31,754 nucleotides of DNA, from IMG/VR virus record IMGVR_UViG_3300034523_000112, positions 1 through 31,754 of that record; one strand, given 5' to 3'. Source of the stretch: a virus. Its lineage: Duplodnaviria > Caudoviricetes. The translations under genes were made by a program, and so were the position numbers. Below are positions 1 to 6,964 of this stretch, piece by piece (the first letter of the stretch is position 1; each line of letters opens with the position of its first letter). The notes under the pieces were generated by a model. The model was not told the origin of the DNA, made no database searches, and was given only the letters and a program-made list of their open reading frames with translations.

Positions 1-379
1 CGCGACGCTCATCCAGCAGCGCTTCATCACTCACCGTACCCGGCGTAATGATGCGCACCACCTGACGTTCCACCGGGCCTTTGCTGGTGGCCGGATCGCC
101 GATCTGCTCGCAGATCACCACCGACTCACCCAGCTTTACCAGCTTGGCCAGATAGCCTTCGAGGGAGTGGTAAGGAATCCCACACATCGGAATTGACTGC
201 CCCGCCGACTGCCCGCGCGCGGTCAGCGTGATGTCCAGCAGCTTGGCAGCCTTCTTCGCGTCTTCGTAGAAGATCTCGTAGAAGTCGCCCATGCGGTAGA
301 ACATCAACTGATCAGGGTGCTGGTTTTTCAAGCGCCAGTACTGCTGCATCATTGGGGTGTGACTTGAAAGGTCTGTCAT
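1..379 (-). CDS. mutS: DNA mismatch repair protein MutS, 5' part (continues off the left edge)
   Basis: Manual translation of the minus strand from ATG 379: [71 protein letters not shown]...[15 protein letters not shown], the MutS domain I signature. Confidence 0.97.
   Translation of the reverse strand, partial: MTDLSSHTPMMQQYWRLKNQHPDQLMFYRMGDFYEIFYEDAKKAAKLLDITLTARGQSAGQSIPMCGIPYHSLEGYLAKLVKLGESVVICEQIGDPATSKGPVERQVVRIITPGTVSDEALLDERR
338..365. other. Putative att core over the mutS HTPMMQQY codons
   Basis: Integrase lies ~0.9 kb away. Codons before HTP are AT-rich (ACA GAC CTT TCA AGT), unlike the GC-rich mutS body. The second att copy is not in the window. Confidence 0.55.
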
Positions 380-699
380 ACGGGGCTTTCGGCTCTACCT
401 GTCTATTTGACAATTCACATCTGTCTAATACTACAGGGATTTTTAAGCGCTGTAGGCGCGGGTTGAAGGTCGATATGGGGCTCAAGGAAACCTTGGTCCG
501 GCCGATGAAGCCTATAGCAGCAAGGAAATTCACCGTTATTTATGGCGGAACCCCAGGGATGCGCTAATGTCGTAATTGAAGAGGTTGGAAAGGGAAAGCG
601 TTTCGGAATTGAGTTATCCATTCATTTTCCCTATATCAATTATTCATGAAAATACTATTGACGAAGCATGTGTGTGTGGTTGATTGTTGTTGTGCTTGG

Positions 700-727
700 T
701 TGACACTCATGGCACCTCCTGTAGAAT
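700..727 (+). promoter_or_regulatory. Sigma70-type promoter for the moron operon
   Basis: TTGACA (700-705), 16 nt, TAGAAT (722-727), upstream of ATG 761. Confidence 0.65.
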
Positions 728-760
728 CCCGCGACTATTTTAGATTCGGGGTTTGCAAGG

Positions 761-1087
761 ATGAGTCCTACGGAGAAGGTTGAGGCGGTACGCCATTTGT
801 ACGAGTCGCTTCTCAACGCTGCAAACCGAGTGCTACACCAAGCCAAGAACTTCCACATCAGCGTGCTTCAGCTCGAAAATCCGACCTACGCTGAAATCGC
901 CGAGCATTTCAGACAAGTCGCCCTCCTCATCAGCTTTCTGGCCGATGAGATCGATGACTCGCTGACAGGCGACAAAGCTGATGAGTACGTTTCTTGCATG
1001 GAGGGCATTGCCAAAGCGATTGACGCCGACGACGCAGCTGCCCTTAACGAATTTGTGAAACAACTAGACGCGAGGCCTTTCCTGTGA
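761..1087 (+). CDS. Hypothetical acidic helical protein (moron)
   Basis: 108-aa ORF with its own promoter and a downstream terminator; no recognised family. Confidence 0.75.
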   Translation: MSPTEKVEAVRHLYESLLNAANRVLHQAKNFHISVLQLENPTYAEIAEHFRQVALLISFLADEIDDSLTGDKADEYVSCMEGIAKAIDADDAAALNEFVKQLDARPFL

Positions 1088-1218
1088 AAAAGCTATCTGA
1101 CTTCGAATTTGCCGCCATTGCTCGTAAAGCAGCCGCTATTCTCGAGTCCATTGAAGCCAAGCTAGACGCCATTGATTTGGCGCTTGAGTCTCATGTGGAC
1201 GAAAAGAAAGCTGCTTGA
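1084..1218 (+). CDS. Small 44-aa hypothetical protein coupled to the upstream gene
   Basis: GTGA overlap; MKKLSDFEFAAIARKAAAILESIEAKLDAIDLALESHVDEKKAA; ends just before the terminator. Confidence 0.6.
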   Translation: MKKLSDFEFAAIARKAAAILESIEAKLDAIDLALESHVDEKKAA

Positions 1219-1233
1219 TAGCGTTCAACAGTC

Positions 1234-1264
1234 AAAAAAACCTCGCTAATGCGGGGTTTTTTTT
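1234..1264. terminator. Bidirectional intrinsic terminator
   Basis: A7-CCTCGC-TAAT-GCGGGG-T8 between the convergent moron and integrase. Confidence 0.8.
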
Positions 1265-1292
1265 GCATTGGGTTTGATGGTTTGGGTGCGAC

Positions 1293-2279
1293 CTACAGCT
1301 TTTTTGGCATCTTCGGCGGCAGGCCCACGTTGATTTTGCGCAGGCGCAGATATCGCTGCGTCATCTTGGCGTCGGTGTGTCCGCCGAGCTTCTGTGCGTC
1401 GTTACCCTGGTCGTCGGTATCAGAAAGAGACTTGGCCCGCAGGTCATGGAGACTTGCATCCTCGACTCCGGCTTTCTTGCAGCTGATGGCGAAGGCGTCC
1501 TTCACTGAGCTGTAGTGCACCGGCTTTCCGCCGCGCGGTGAACAGAACAAAGTGAGCCCTCGGATCTTCCTCGGCAGCGCCTTGACTCTGGCAATCAGGT
1601 CCTCAAGGTCTGGCGTCATCTTCACCAGCAGCCTGGCATTGGTCTTTTCCTGCTTGAAGGCGATGCCCTCGGTGCTGATGTCTGCCAGGCGGATTGCCAG
1701 AACGTCACCGATGCGCTGGCCGGTCAGGTAGCACATCTCATAGATAACGCGCATGTTTGGGCTGGATTTGTCGCAAATCGCTTGGAACTCGCCATGGGTG
1801 ATGTACCGGTCGCGCTTGTGTTCCAGGTGTCGACGGACGCCGATGCACGGGTTTGAGTCGACGATCTGTTGCTCTAGGGCATAGGTAAAAACCGCCCGCA
1901 GGACCGAGATAACCCTGTTCGACATATTCGGTGTGTCGGCCATGTGTAGCTTGAGCGCGACGACGTGCCGCTGCAGCACCTCGCGGGGTTCGAAGTCGGC
2001 GAAGTTTTCCTTCAGGCGCTCGCACGCCGCTTCATACTGCTTGAGCGTGTTTGGCTTAAGTGGGGGCTTCGTTCGGTTGCGCATGTGTTCGAGCGCGTCG
2101 TCGATCAGCTTGGGCATACCGCCCTGGCTGCCCTTGTCCAGCAGCTTGGCGTACTCGGCCAGGGATGCCTGAAAGTCTGTGCCCAGGCGCTTCCATTTGC
2201 CCTTTCGAACCAGGTAATAAGCGCCATGTTTCTGGTACATGCACGCCGGCAGGTGCCGATCCTTCTTGCGCGGACGCAT
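1293..2279 (-). CDS. int: Tyrosine recombinase (phage integrase)
   Basis: TGQRIGD, HDLR, LGGH..KMTQRY catalytic motifs. Confidence 0.95.
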   Translation of the reverse strand: MRPRKKDRHLPACMYQKHGAYYLVRKGKWKRLGTDFQASLAEYAKLLDKGSQGGMPKLIDDALEHMRNRTKPPLKPNTLKQYEAACERLKENFADFEPREVLQRHVVALKLHMADTPNMSNRVISVLRAVFTYALEQQIVDSNPCIGVRRHLEHKRDRYITHGEFQAICDKSSPNMRVIYEMCYLTGQRIGDVLAIRLADISTEGIAFKQEKTNARLLVKMTPDLEDLIARVKALPRKIRGLTLFCSPRGGKPVHYSSVKDAFAISCKKAGVEDASLHDLRAKSLSDTDDQGNDAQKLGGHTDAKMTQRYLRLRKINVGLPPKMPKKL

Positions 2280-2290
2280 CGTTCTTCACC

Positions 2291-2485
2291 TCAACCCAGC
2301 CGAAGCTCCGGCCCCTTCCTTGATTGAATACCACCCAGCCGGCCAATAACAACCTGGCGCAGCACCTTCGGGTGACCATCACCGCCTACCGCGAACCCGT
2401 AGCGTTCGGCGGTCAGCCACTTTATCTGTGCCCCTGGCTTCTTGTAGCCGGTCAGGTCGGCAACTTCATCTGCTGTCAGAAACAT
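2291..2485 (-). CDS. Excisionase-like protein (DUF4224-like)
   Basis: MFLTADEVADLTGYK...QIKWL, directly upstream of int. Confidence 0.8.
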   Translation of the reverse strand: MFLTADEVADLTGYKKPGAQIKWLTAERYGFAVGGDGHPKVLRQVVIGRLGGIQSRKGPELRLG

Positions 2486-2503
2486 ACCTACCCCCTTTCG
2501 TGT

Positions 2504-2538
2504 CGCGACACGTTTTCGTTATCCGTGGATTGTGTCGC
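2504..2538. repeat. 35-bp imperfect inverted-repeat element, copy 1
   Basis: CGCGACACGTTTTCG-N10-ATTGTGTCGC; same layout at 16900-16934. Confidence 0.6.
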
Positions 2539-2552
2539 AACCATAGTTGTGA

Positions 2553-2801
2553 TCACTGACGCGTTACCTTTCCAGGTGGAAGTGCAGGCTTCGATTCGAT
2601 GAAGCTGCTGGCGCTGTTCTCGCCGCCGATATGGCGGAAGTAATCGATCTCTACCTTGGCACTCTCGATCAGCACGCGACTGATGTCGGAGACGGATTGG
2701 GCGCGGGATACCTCCTTGGCCAAGTCTTCGTCAGTGGCTTCACGCACCGCTTCAAGCTGTGCAAAGAGGTGGTCTCGCAGATCGCTCAGTTTGTTTTTCA
2801 T
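2553..2801 (-). CDS. Hypothetical phage protein
   Basis: 82-aa ORF coupled (ATGA) to the HNH-like gene. Confidence 0.8.
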   Translation of the reverse strand: MKNKLSDLRDHLFAQLEAVREATDEDLAKEVSRAQSVSDISRVLIESAKVEIDYFRHIGGENSASSFIESKPALPPGKVTRQ

Positions 2802-3355
2802 GACTTTCTCCTCTTAATCTCTTTTTTAATTTCGTTCTGCAGGTGCAGGATGTCGATTAGCTCCTCGGGCAGATCCTTGTGTTTTGCGTGACGGCGGATT
2901 TGGTTCTCGGAGCGCGTGCGCAAACAAAGGTTGTCCAGCTCAACGTTCCGAACATTCCCGTCCTTCGCCGCTACGATCATCCCTTCGGGGACTGGGCCGT
3001 TTGCCTGCTCCCAGGTGTGTGTATGAAGCGGCTTCCAAACATCCGGCTGGGAAACCTTCACAAGGATGTATCGCCCCTTCTGATGTATTGCTCCGACCGG
3101 CCTCGGGTCTTGGCCAGGTGGCTTGCCGCGCTTTTCCCAAGCCGAGAAGAATGCTTTTCTGGAAGACTCCGCGCGATGAGCCGCGCTCTTCCTAATCCCC
3201 AGCCCTTTAGCTCTTTGGCAAATTGCGGTAAGGGTGCGACCAGGTAGGAGATTCAACATGGAGTCATTGCCACCGGCTTCGTAAAACCGCCGAATAATGC
3301 CGTCCTCGGCTTCGCTCCAGCGCTTTGTTTGGCGCCCGCCTGCATCCTTACGCAC
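2798..3355 (-). CDS. HNH_3-like protein with N-terminal Myb/SANT-like repeat
   Basis: KRWSEAED...LPGRT...RAKGLG, then H..WEQANGPVPEGMIVAAKDGNVRNVELDNL. Confidence 0.75.
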   Translation of the reverse strand: MRKDAGGRQTKRWSEAEDGIIRRFYEAGGNDSMLNLLPGRTLTAICQRAKGLGIRKSAAHRAESSRKAFFSAWEKRGKPPGQDPRPVGAIHQKGRYILVKVSQPDVWKPLHTHTWEQANGPVPEGMIVAAKDGNVRNVELDNLCLRTRSENQIRRHAKHKDLPEELIDILHLQNEIKKEIKRRKS

Positions 3356-3515
3356 GACAGTGGTCCTGCTGAAAATGGTCAGCCAGCACCCGGCGTGCGT
3401 CGATGCCGCACGATGCCGACAGCTTGTAGATCTGGCCGAAGGTGGTTTCCCGGCGCTGCAAGGCGTTAAACAGCTCGATCAAACGCTGGGCCTTGGTACC
3501 GTTGCAGCGGTTCAT
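3348..3515 (-). CDS. Small 55-aa phage protein
   Basis: Manual [58 protein letters not shown]; ATGA overlap upstream, overlaps the next start. Confidence 0.7.
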   Translation of the reverse strand: MNRCNGTKAQRLIELFNALQRRETTFGQIYKLSASCGIDARRVLADHFQQDHCRA

Positions 3516-3793
3516 AGTTGGAACCTCTTTTCCTGTGGGAGTGGGGCGGCGGTGGCGGGCCCAATCTCGCCGGCAGAAACTACCAGAGAGACCCGTGCTG
3601 CCTCATCTTCTGGGGTGGCGGTGGTCGTGCCCTGCTGTAGGAGCGAACTGTCCGGCAAGCAGCTGATGCCGGTGCCCGCGATGATCCAGCAGGTGACCGA
3701 GCGCACGCTGTCGTGCTGTACATCGATCAGCTGCTCGCCTGCGGCGGCCTGGTCGATTACCAGCAGCAGGGCGATAGCGATCATTCGGCGCAT
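3512..3793 (-). CDS. Hypothetical protein with signal-peptide-like N-terminus
   Basis: [18 protein letters not shown]; fits the coupled operon. Confidence 0.65.
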   Translation of the reverse strand: MRRMIAIALLLVIDQAAAGEQLIDVQHDSVRSVTCWIIAGTGISCLPDSSLLQQGTTTATPEDEAARVSLVVSAGEIGPATAAPLPQEKRFQL

Positions 3794-4209
3794 GGGTGCG
3801 ACTCCAGCAGGCGGGCCAGGCGCAGGGCATTGTCAATTTCCCGATCCAACTCCTCGCCGGTTAAGTAGCGGTCGCCTCGCAACACGAGCAGGTCGTTGTC
3901 GACATCTTCGATCAGAGCCCTATCTCGCAGGTGGCGGTAGCGCCTGGCGTCTGCCGCCATCTTCACGCGCTCATCGATGCTCACTGATGCATCAGGGTCG
4001 TGGGTGTCGGCGGTTTGTTCAGACTGCCCCGCAGCAACCGTCTCTGCGCGGATGCGCTCGTAGACTTCCTGACGATGCACTGCTACCCCAGGAGGGGCAG
4101 TGATGCCCAGCCGTGTCTGCTGTCCGCTGACGCCAAGCACGGTAAGTATGATGTCGTCGCCGATCCGGATGTTTTCACTTGGCTTTCGAGTGAGAATCAA
4201 CATGGTCAA
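3781..4209 (-). CDS. csrA: Phage CsrA/RsmA-family protein with C-terminal extension
   Basis: [48 protein letters not shown], plus ~85 extra residues. Confidence 0.9.
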   Translation of the reverse strand: MTMLILTRKPSENIRIGDDIILTVLGVSGQQTRLGITAPPGVAVHRQEVYERIRAETVAAGQSEQTADTHDPDASVSIDERVKMAADARRYRHLRDRALIEDVDNDLLVLRGDRYLTGEELDREIDNALRLARLLESHPCAE

Positions 4210-4279
4210 ACTCCTTTTTCAGGCAAGCCGGTGGCCCGCCGATATATGGAAATCAGTGAAGATTGGTTAATTCTTTTTG

Positions 4280-4750
4280 TTAGGACGCTTTGAGCAGTCC
4301 TGTTTTTCGTTTGCCTTCGCGTCGCACGAAAGCCGTTACGCCACACAGCTTCGCCTGGGCGTCAGCATGTTCCCGGCGCTTTTCTTCTGAAAGCTCGTCA
4401 TAGCGGATATTGCGAATTGCACCGGCCAACTTGCCCAGCTCTTGTTTTACCTTTCCGAATGCCGAGTGCCATGCGAACTCAACTTGTTCGTTTGGCTCAA
4501 CTACTTCATAGCCGGCTCCGCGAACATTACGAAGAACCAACTTATGCTCTTCAAGAAGTTCCTGGCGAAGGGCATCCATGCTGGCGAGAAAATCAAGTTG
4601 GTAAGACTTGAATTCATCGATGCTTTTTGGCTCTTGCAGGTGAAATGCTTCCTGGAGCCAGACCATGCTCACCAGATCGCCATATTTGAACTTCTCGGCA
4701 ATATCTTTAGCTGCCTGGCGCCATTCAGGGTGGAGTGTCGTATTGGTCAT
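4280..4750 (-). CDS. Hypothetical winged-helix-like protein, partner of the Cas7-like gene
   Basis: ATGA overlap with 4747-5331; LRQEL...LRNVRGAGYEVV resembles a wHTH recognition helix and wing. Confidence 0.7.
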   Translation of the reverse strand: MTNTTLHPEWRQAAKDIAEKFKYGDLVSMVWLQEAFHLQEPKSIDEFKSYQLDFLASMDALRQELLEEHKLVLRNVRGAGYEVVEPNEQVEFAWHSAFGKVKQELGKLAGAIRNIRYDELSEEKRREHADAQAKLCGVTAFVRREGKRKTGLLKAS

Positions 4751-5331
4751 TCCATCACCTCGACATTGAAGCGACCGAACGCACCACCTTTCTCTGGGCG
4801 GTAGTCGCAGAGACCAACGAACAGGCCTGCGTTCTCGGCGGCTCGGATTACATCTTCGCGCTCGATCATTTCGGGCGAATACATAATTTCAACGGTGGTG
4901 GTCCAGTCCGAAAACTTAGGTCGGTACCGGATAATCCGGGAGGTGCCCACCACCACGCTGCGCGCATCTACAAAGCGTGGGTTGGCGAACATCTTTTCTT
5001 GGTCGCGCGGCCCGGTGTATTCGAGCTTGCAACGATCATCCAGAACCAGCACAGCACGCTTGAACGCAGCACCCAGGCGCTGGATCTTTGCCGCACCAAC
5101 GAGTGCTGACTTAATGTTCTGGCCGGGCAGGAATGGACCGAGCTCTGCATCATGATATAGCGCTCCGAGCCATTCCGACTTGGCGATATCGGCGTGGTCC
5201 TCATCCAGCTTTTTGCGCTTGCTGGTTAGCACTTTGTGACCCTTGGTCGCTTCGTCCAACGGATTGGCGAACCGGTCGCTGTGCATCAGCAGCGGCGACT
5301 GGCCAATGAGTTTGAGTTTGATCGTCTGCAT
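4747..5331 (-). CDS. Solo Cas7/RAMP-like RNA-binding protein (Vipr-like)
   Basis: N-terminal strand IKLKLIGQSPLLMH; PFLPGQNIKSAL (cf. RAMP PxIPGSSxKGAL); C-terminal Gly-rich loop GLCDYRPEKGGAFGRF; no other cas genes nearby. Confidence 0.75.
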   Translation of the reverse strand: MQTIKLKLIGQSPLLMHSDRFANPLDEATKGHKVLTSKRKKLDEDHADIAKSEWLGALYHDAELGPFLPGQNIKSALVGAAKIQRLGAAFKRAVLVLDDRCKLEYTGPRDQEKMFANPRFVDARSVVVGTSRIIRYRPKFSDWTTTVEIMYSPEMIEREDVIRAAENAGLFVGLCDYRPEKGGAFGRFNVEVME

Positions 5332-5400
5332 TTTCCGTACCCTGCCTTGATGGTTGTTTCACTGCACTGATCACCAAGTGGTGACCAGTACGCTGATACA

Positions 5401-5465
5401 TCCAGCCCACGCCCCGCCATTCCTTACCGCGCCAAGCCGCGCCAAGCCAAACCGCGCAGCGCCAT
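5401..5465 (-). repeat. Pentamer tract A (13 units)
   Basis: Minus strand: AT GGC GC TGC GC GGT TT GGC TT GGC GC GGC TT GGC GC GGT AA GGA AT GGC GG GGC GT GGG CT GGA. Confidence 0.9.
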
Positions 5466-5518
5466 GGTGATGCTTTCGCATCGCACAGAGCTCTCAGTGA
5501 AAGCTCTGTACGCTGCTT

Positions 5519-5578
5519 TGCAGCCCATGCCACGCCTTACCAGACCCAGCCATGCCTAGCCGCACCATGGCTCGCCGC
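5519..5578 (-). repeat. Pentamer tract B (12 units)
   Basis: Minus strand: GC GGC GA GCC AT GGT GC GGC TA GGC AT GGC TG GGT CT GGT AA GGC GT GGC AT GGG CT GCA. Confidence 0.9.
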
Positions 5579-5628
5579 GTGATGCCTTAGCACCGGACAG
5601 CACCCTCACCGAAGGCGCTCGCCGCTGC

Positions 5629-6018
5629 TTATGCGATCGTGTAACCGTCAACCCGTCGCGCCGTCATGCGCAACTCGACACGACGCTCACCACCACCACG
5701 GCGAACCCGGAGCATCTGGTCGTCACTGATAGCGGAATGGCCGGTGAGGATTGCGCAGATCAGCACCACTAGATGGCGCGCTATGCCACGGCAGAACAGC
5801 TCTGTAGGAATTGCCGAGCGACTGGTGATACCGAGCTTGAAGAAGACGCGCTCAATGGATTTTTTGACGGTGCCGGGAGCGCAGCCAACGACACGAGCAA
5901 TTTCCTTGTTGGCCAAGCCAGCGCAGACAGCAAGGGCGGCACGCAGCTCTTGTTCAGCAAGTACGCCGGTGGTGCCTTGGAGCTTGCCGAAATTGATAAC
6001 CGTGCTCATCTCTTTCAT
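5629..6018 (-). CDS. LuxR-type HTH protein, first gene of the leftward operon
   Basis: EQELRA...AGLANKEIARVVGCAPGTVKKSIERVFFKLGITSR. Confidence 0.85.
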   Translation of the reverse strand: MKEMSTVINFGKLQGTTGVLAEQELRAALAVCAGLANKEIARVVGCAPGTVKKSIERVFFKLGITSRSAIPTELFCRGIARHLVVLICAILTGHSAISDDQMLRVRRGGGERRVELRMTARRVDGYTIA

Positions 6019-6045
6019 CCGTCACGTTCGTTGCTGATGGACAAA

Positions 6046-6074
6046 AATATAAGCAGATTTATATAAGTGATCAA
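6046..6074 (-). promoter_or_regulatory. PL-like promoter with overlapping operator
   Basis: Minus strand TTGATC-17 nt-TATATT; operator ATAA-GCAGAT-TTAT at 6049-6062. Confidence 0.7.
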
Positions 6075-6127
6075 GCAGTATTTTTATTATTTTTACCAGG
6101 CCGCTGATTTTTCCTAACCGGTACGCG

Positions 6128-6155
6128 AAAAAAAACCCGGTGATCCGGGTTTTTT
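6128..6155. terminator. Intrinsic terminator downstream of cI
   Basis: A8-CCCGG-TGAT-CCGGG-T6. Confidence 0.8.
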
Positions 6156-6173
6156 CGGGAGTTTGTGGTTGAG

Positions 6174-6953
6174 CTAGTAAAATGATGCGCCCCAGAAGAC
6201 GCGCCCCATGATGCGGATGTTGGCGTCTTCCATCTCGCGCACCGAATACGTCTCATCGGGATGCTCATTGGTATTGTAGCTTTTCATGCGGACGCCGCCG
6301 CCTGGCAGTCGGTAGAGCGCCTTTACCCTGATCTGCCCTCCGTGGTCTAGCACGTACATGCGACCGTCAACGACTTGAGTCTCGCGCAAGTGGGCAACAA
6401 CGGTGCCGCCGTCCTGTAGAACTGGGGTCATTGAGTTACCAGAGATCGCTGCAGCCACAACGTGTTCGGGTAGCACTCCTTGTTTCGAAAGTATCTCGGT
6501 GTTGAGGTCGAGATGAACCTTTACGCTAATCTCGACGACCGTCTTCGATGGGTCGCGAGGGTCGTCCAGCTCAATCAGATAGGGTATTTCCTCCGTCAGA
6601 AGAGAGTTGGAAGGCGCGTACCGGCTCGCACTCCTGAGCTCTTCAATCCTGTCTCGTAATGCAGAGTTGAGCGCTGCGTCATCCTCGTGTTCGCCGCGGA
6701 GGATCTCCTCAAGCTCACTACTGAAGTAGGACGCAACATCTTCTGGCGAAAGCATTTCGCCTTCCCCGGATGCTAGCCATGTGCTGTTCACGCCACATGC
6801 TCTGGCTATCTGAACCAGATAGGAAGATCGCAGCGTCTTCCCAGATTCGAGTTGGCTGATGGCTGTCTGCGCGATACCAACGGATTCGGCAAGCTGAGAC
6901 TGGGTAAGTCCTGCTTTCTTCCGGGCAAGTTTGATTCGGTCGGATAGATTCAT
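6174..6953 (-). CDS. cI: CI-like repressor (XRE HTH plus S24 domain)
   Basis: RIKLARKKAGLTQSQLAE..GIAQTAISQLESG; GNSMTP and RVKAL S24 motifs; divergent from cro. Confidence 0.92.
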   Translation of the reverse strand: MNLSDRIKLARKKAGLTQSQLAESVGIAQTAISQLESGKTLRSSYLVQIARACGVNSTWLASGEGEMLSPEDVASYFSSELEEILRGEHEDDAALNSALRDRIEELRSASRYAPSNSLLTEEIPYLIELDDPRDPSKTVVEISVKVHLDLNTEILSKQGVLPEHVVAAAISGNSMTPVLQDGGTVVAHLRETQVVDGRMYVLDHGGQIRVKALYRLPGGGVRMKSYNTNEHPDETYSVREMEDANIRIMGRVFWGASFY

Positions 6954-6964
6954 CCTCTGATCCT

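Larger units (their letters stand above)
5365..5627 (-). ncRNA. Putative guide-RNA array: two (NN-GGY)n tracts delimited by three CAGCG+hairpin elements
   Basis: Pentamer tracts at 5401-5465 and 5519-5578; long hairpins at 5365-5390, 5484-5510 and 5599-5619; tetraloop hairpins at 5469-5482 and 5581-5594. Confidence 0.75.

Noticed and set aside
312-621. Short ORFs across the att region
   Set aside because: Overlap mutS or likely att arm DNA; no recognisable features.
1250-1284. Possible gapped target of tract A
   Set aside because: Only 5/12 dinucleotides (14/24 nt), driven by a T-run.
5201-5533. 110-aa ORF rich in W/R/G/A
   Set aside because: By-product of the GGY-NN repeats; overlaps the Cas7-like gene out of frame.
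5365-5627. Canonical CRISPR array or plain microsatellite
   Set aside because: No identical 25-40 bp repeats with spacers. Variation is concentrated at two of five positions and framed by hairpins, unlike slippage repeats.
6051-6062. Partial tract B match in the PL operator
   Set aside because: Only three consecutive dinucleotides match; chance level.
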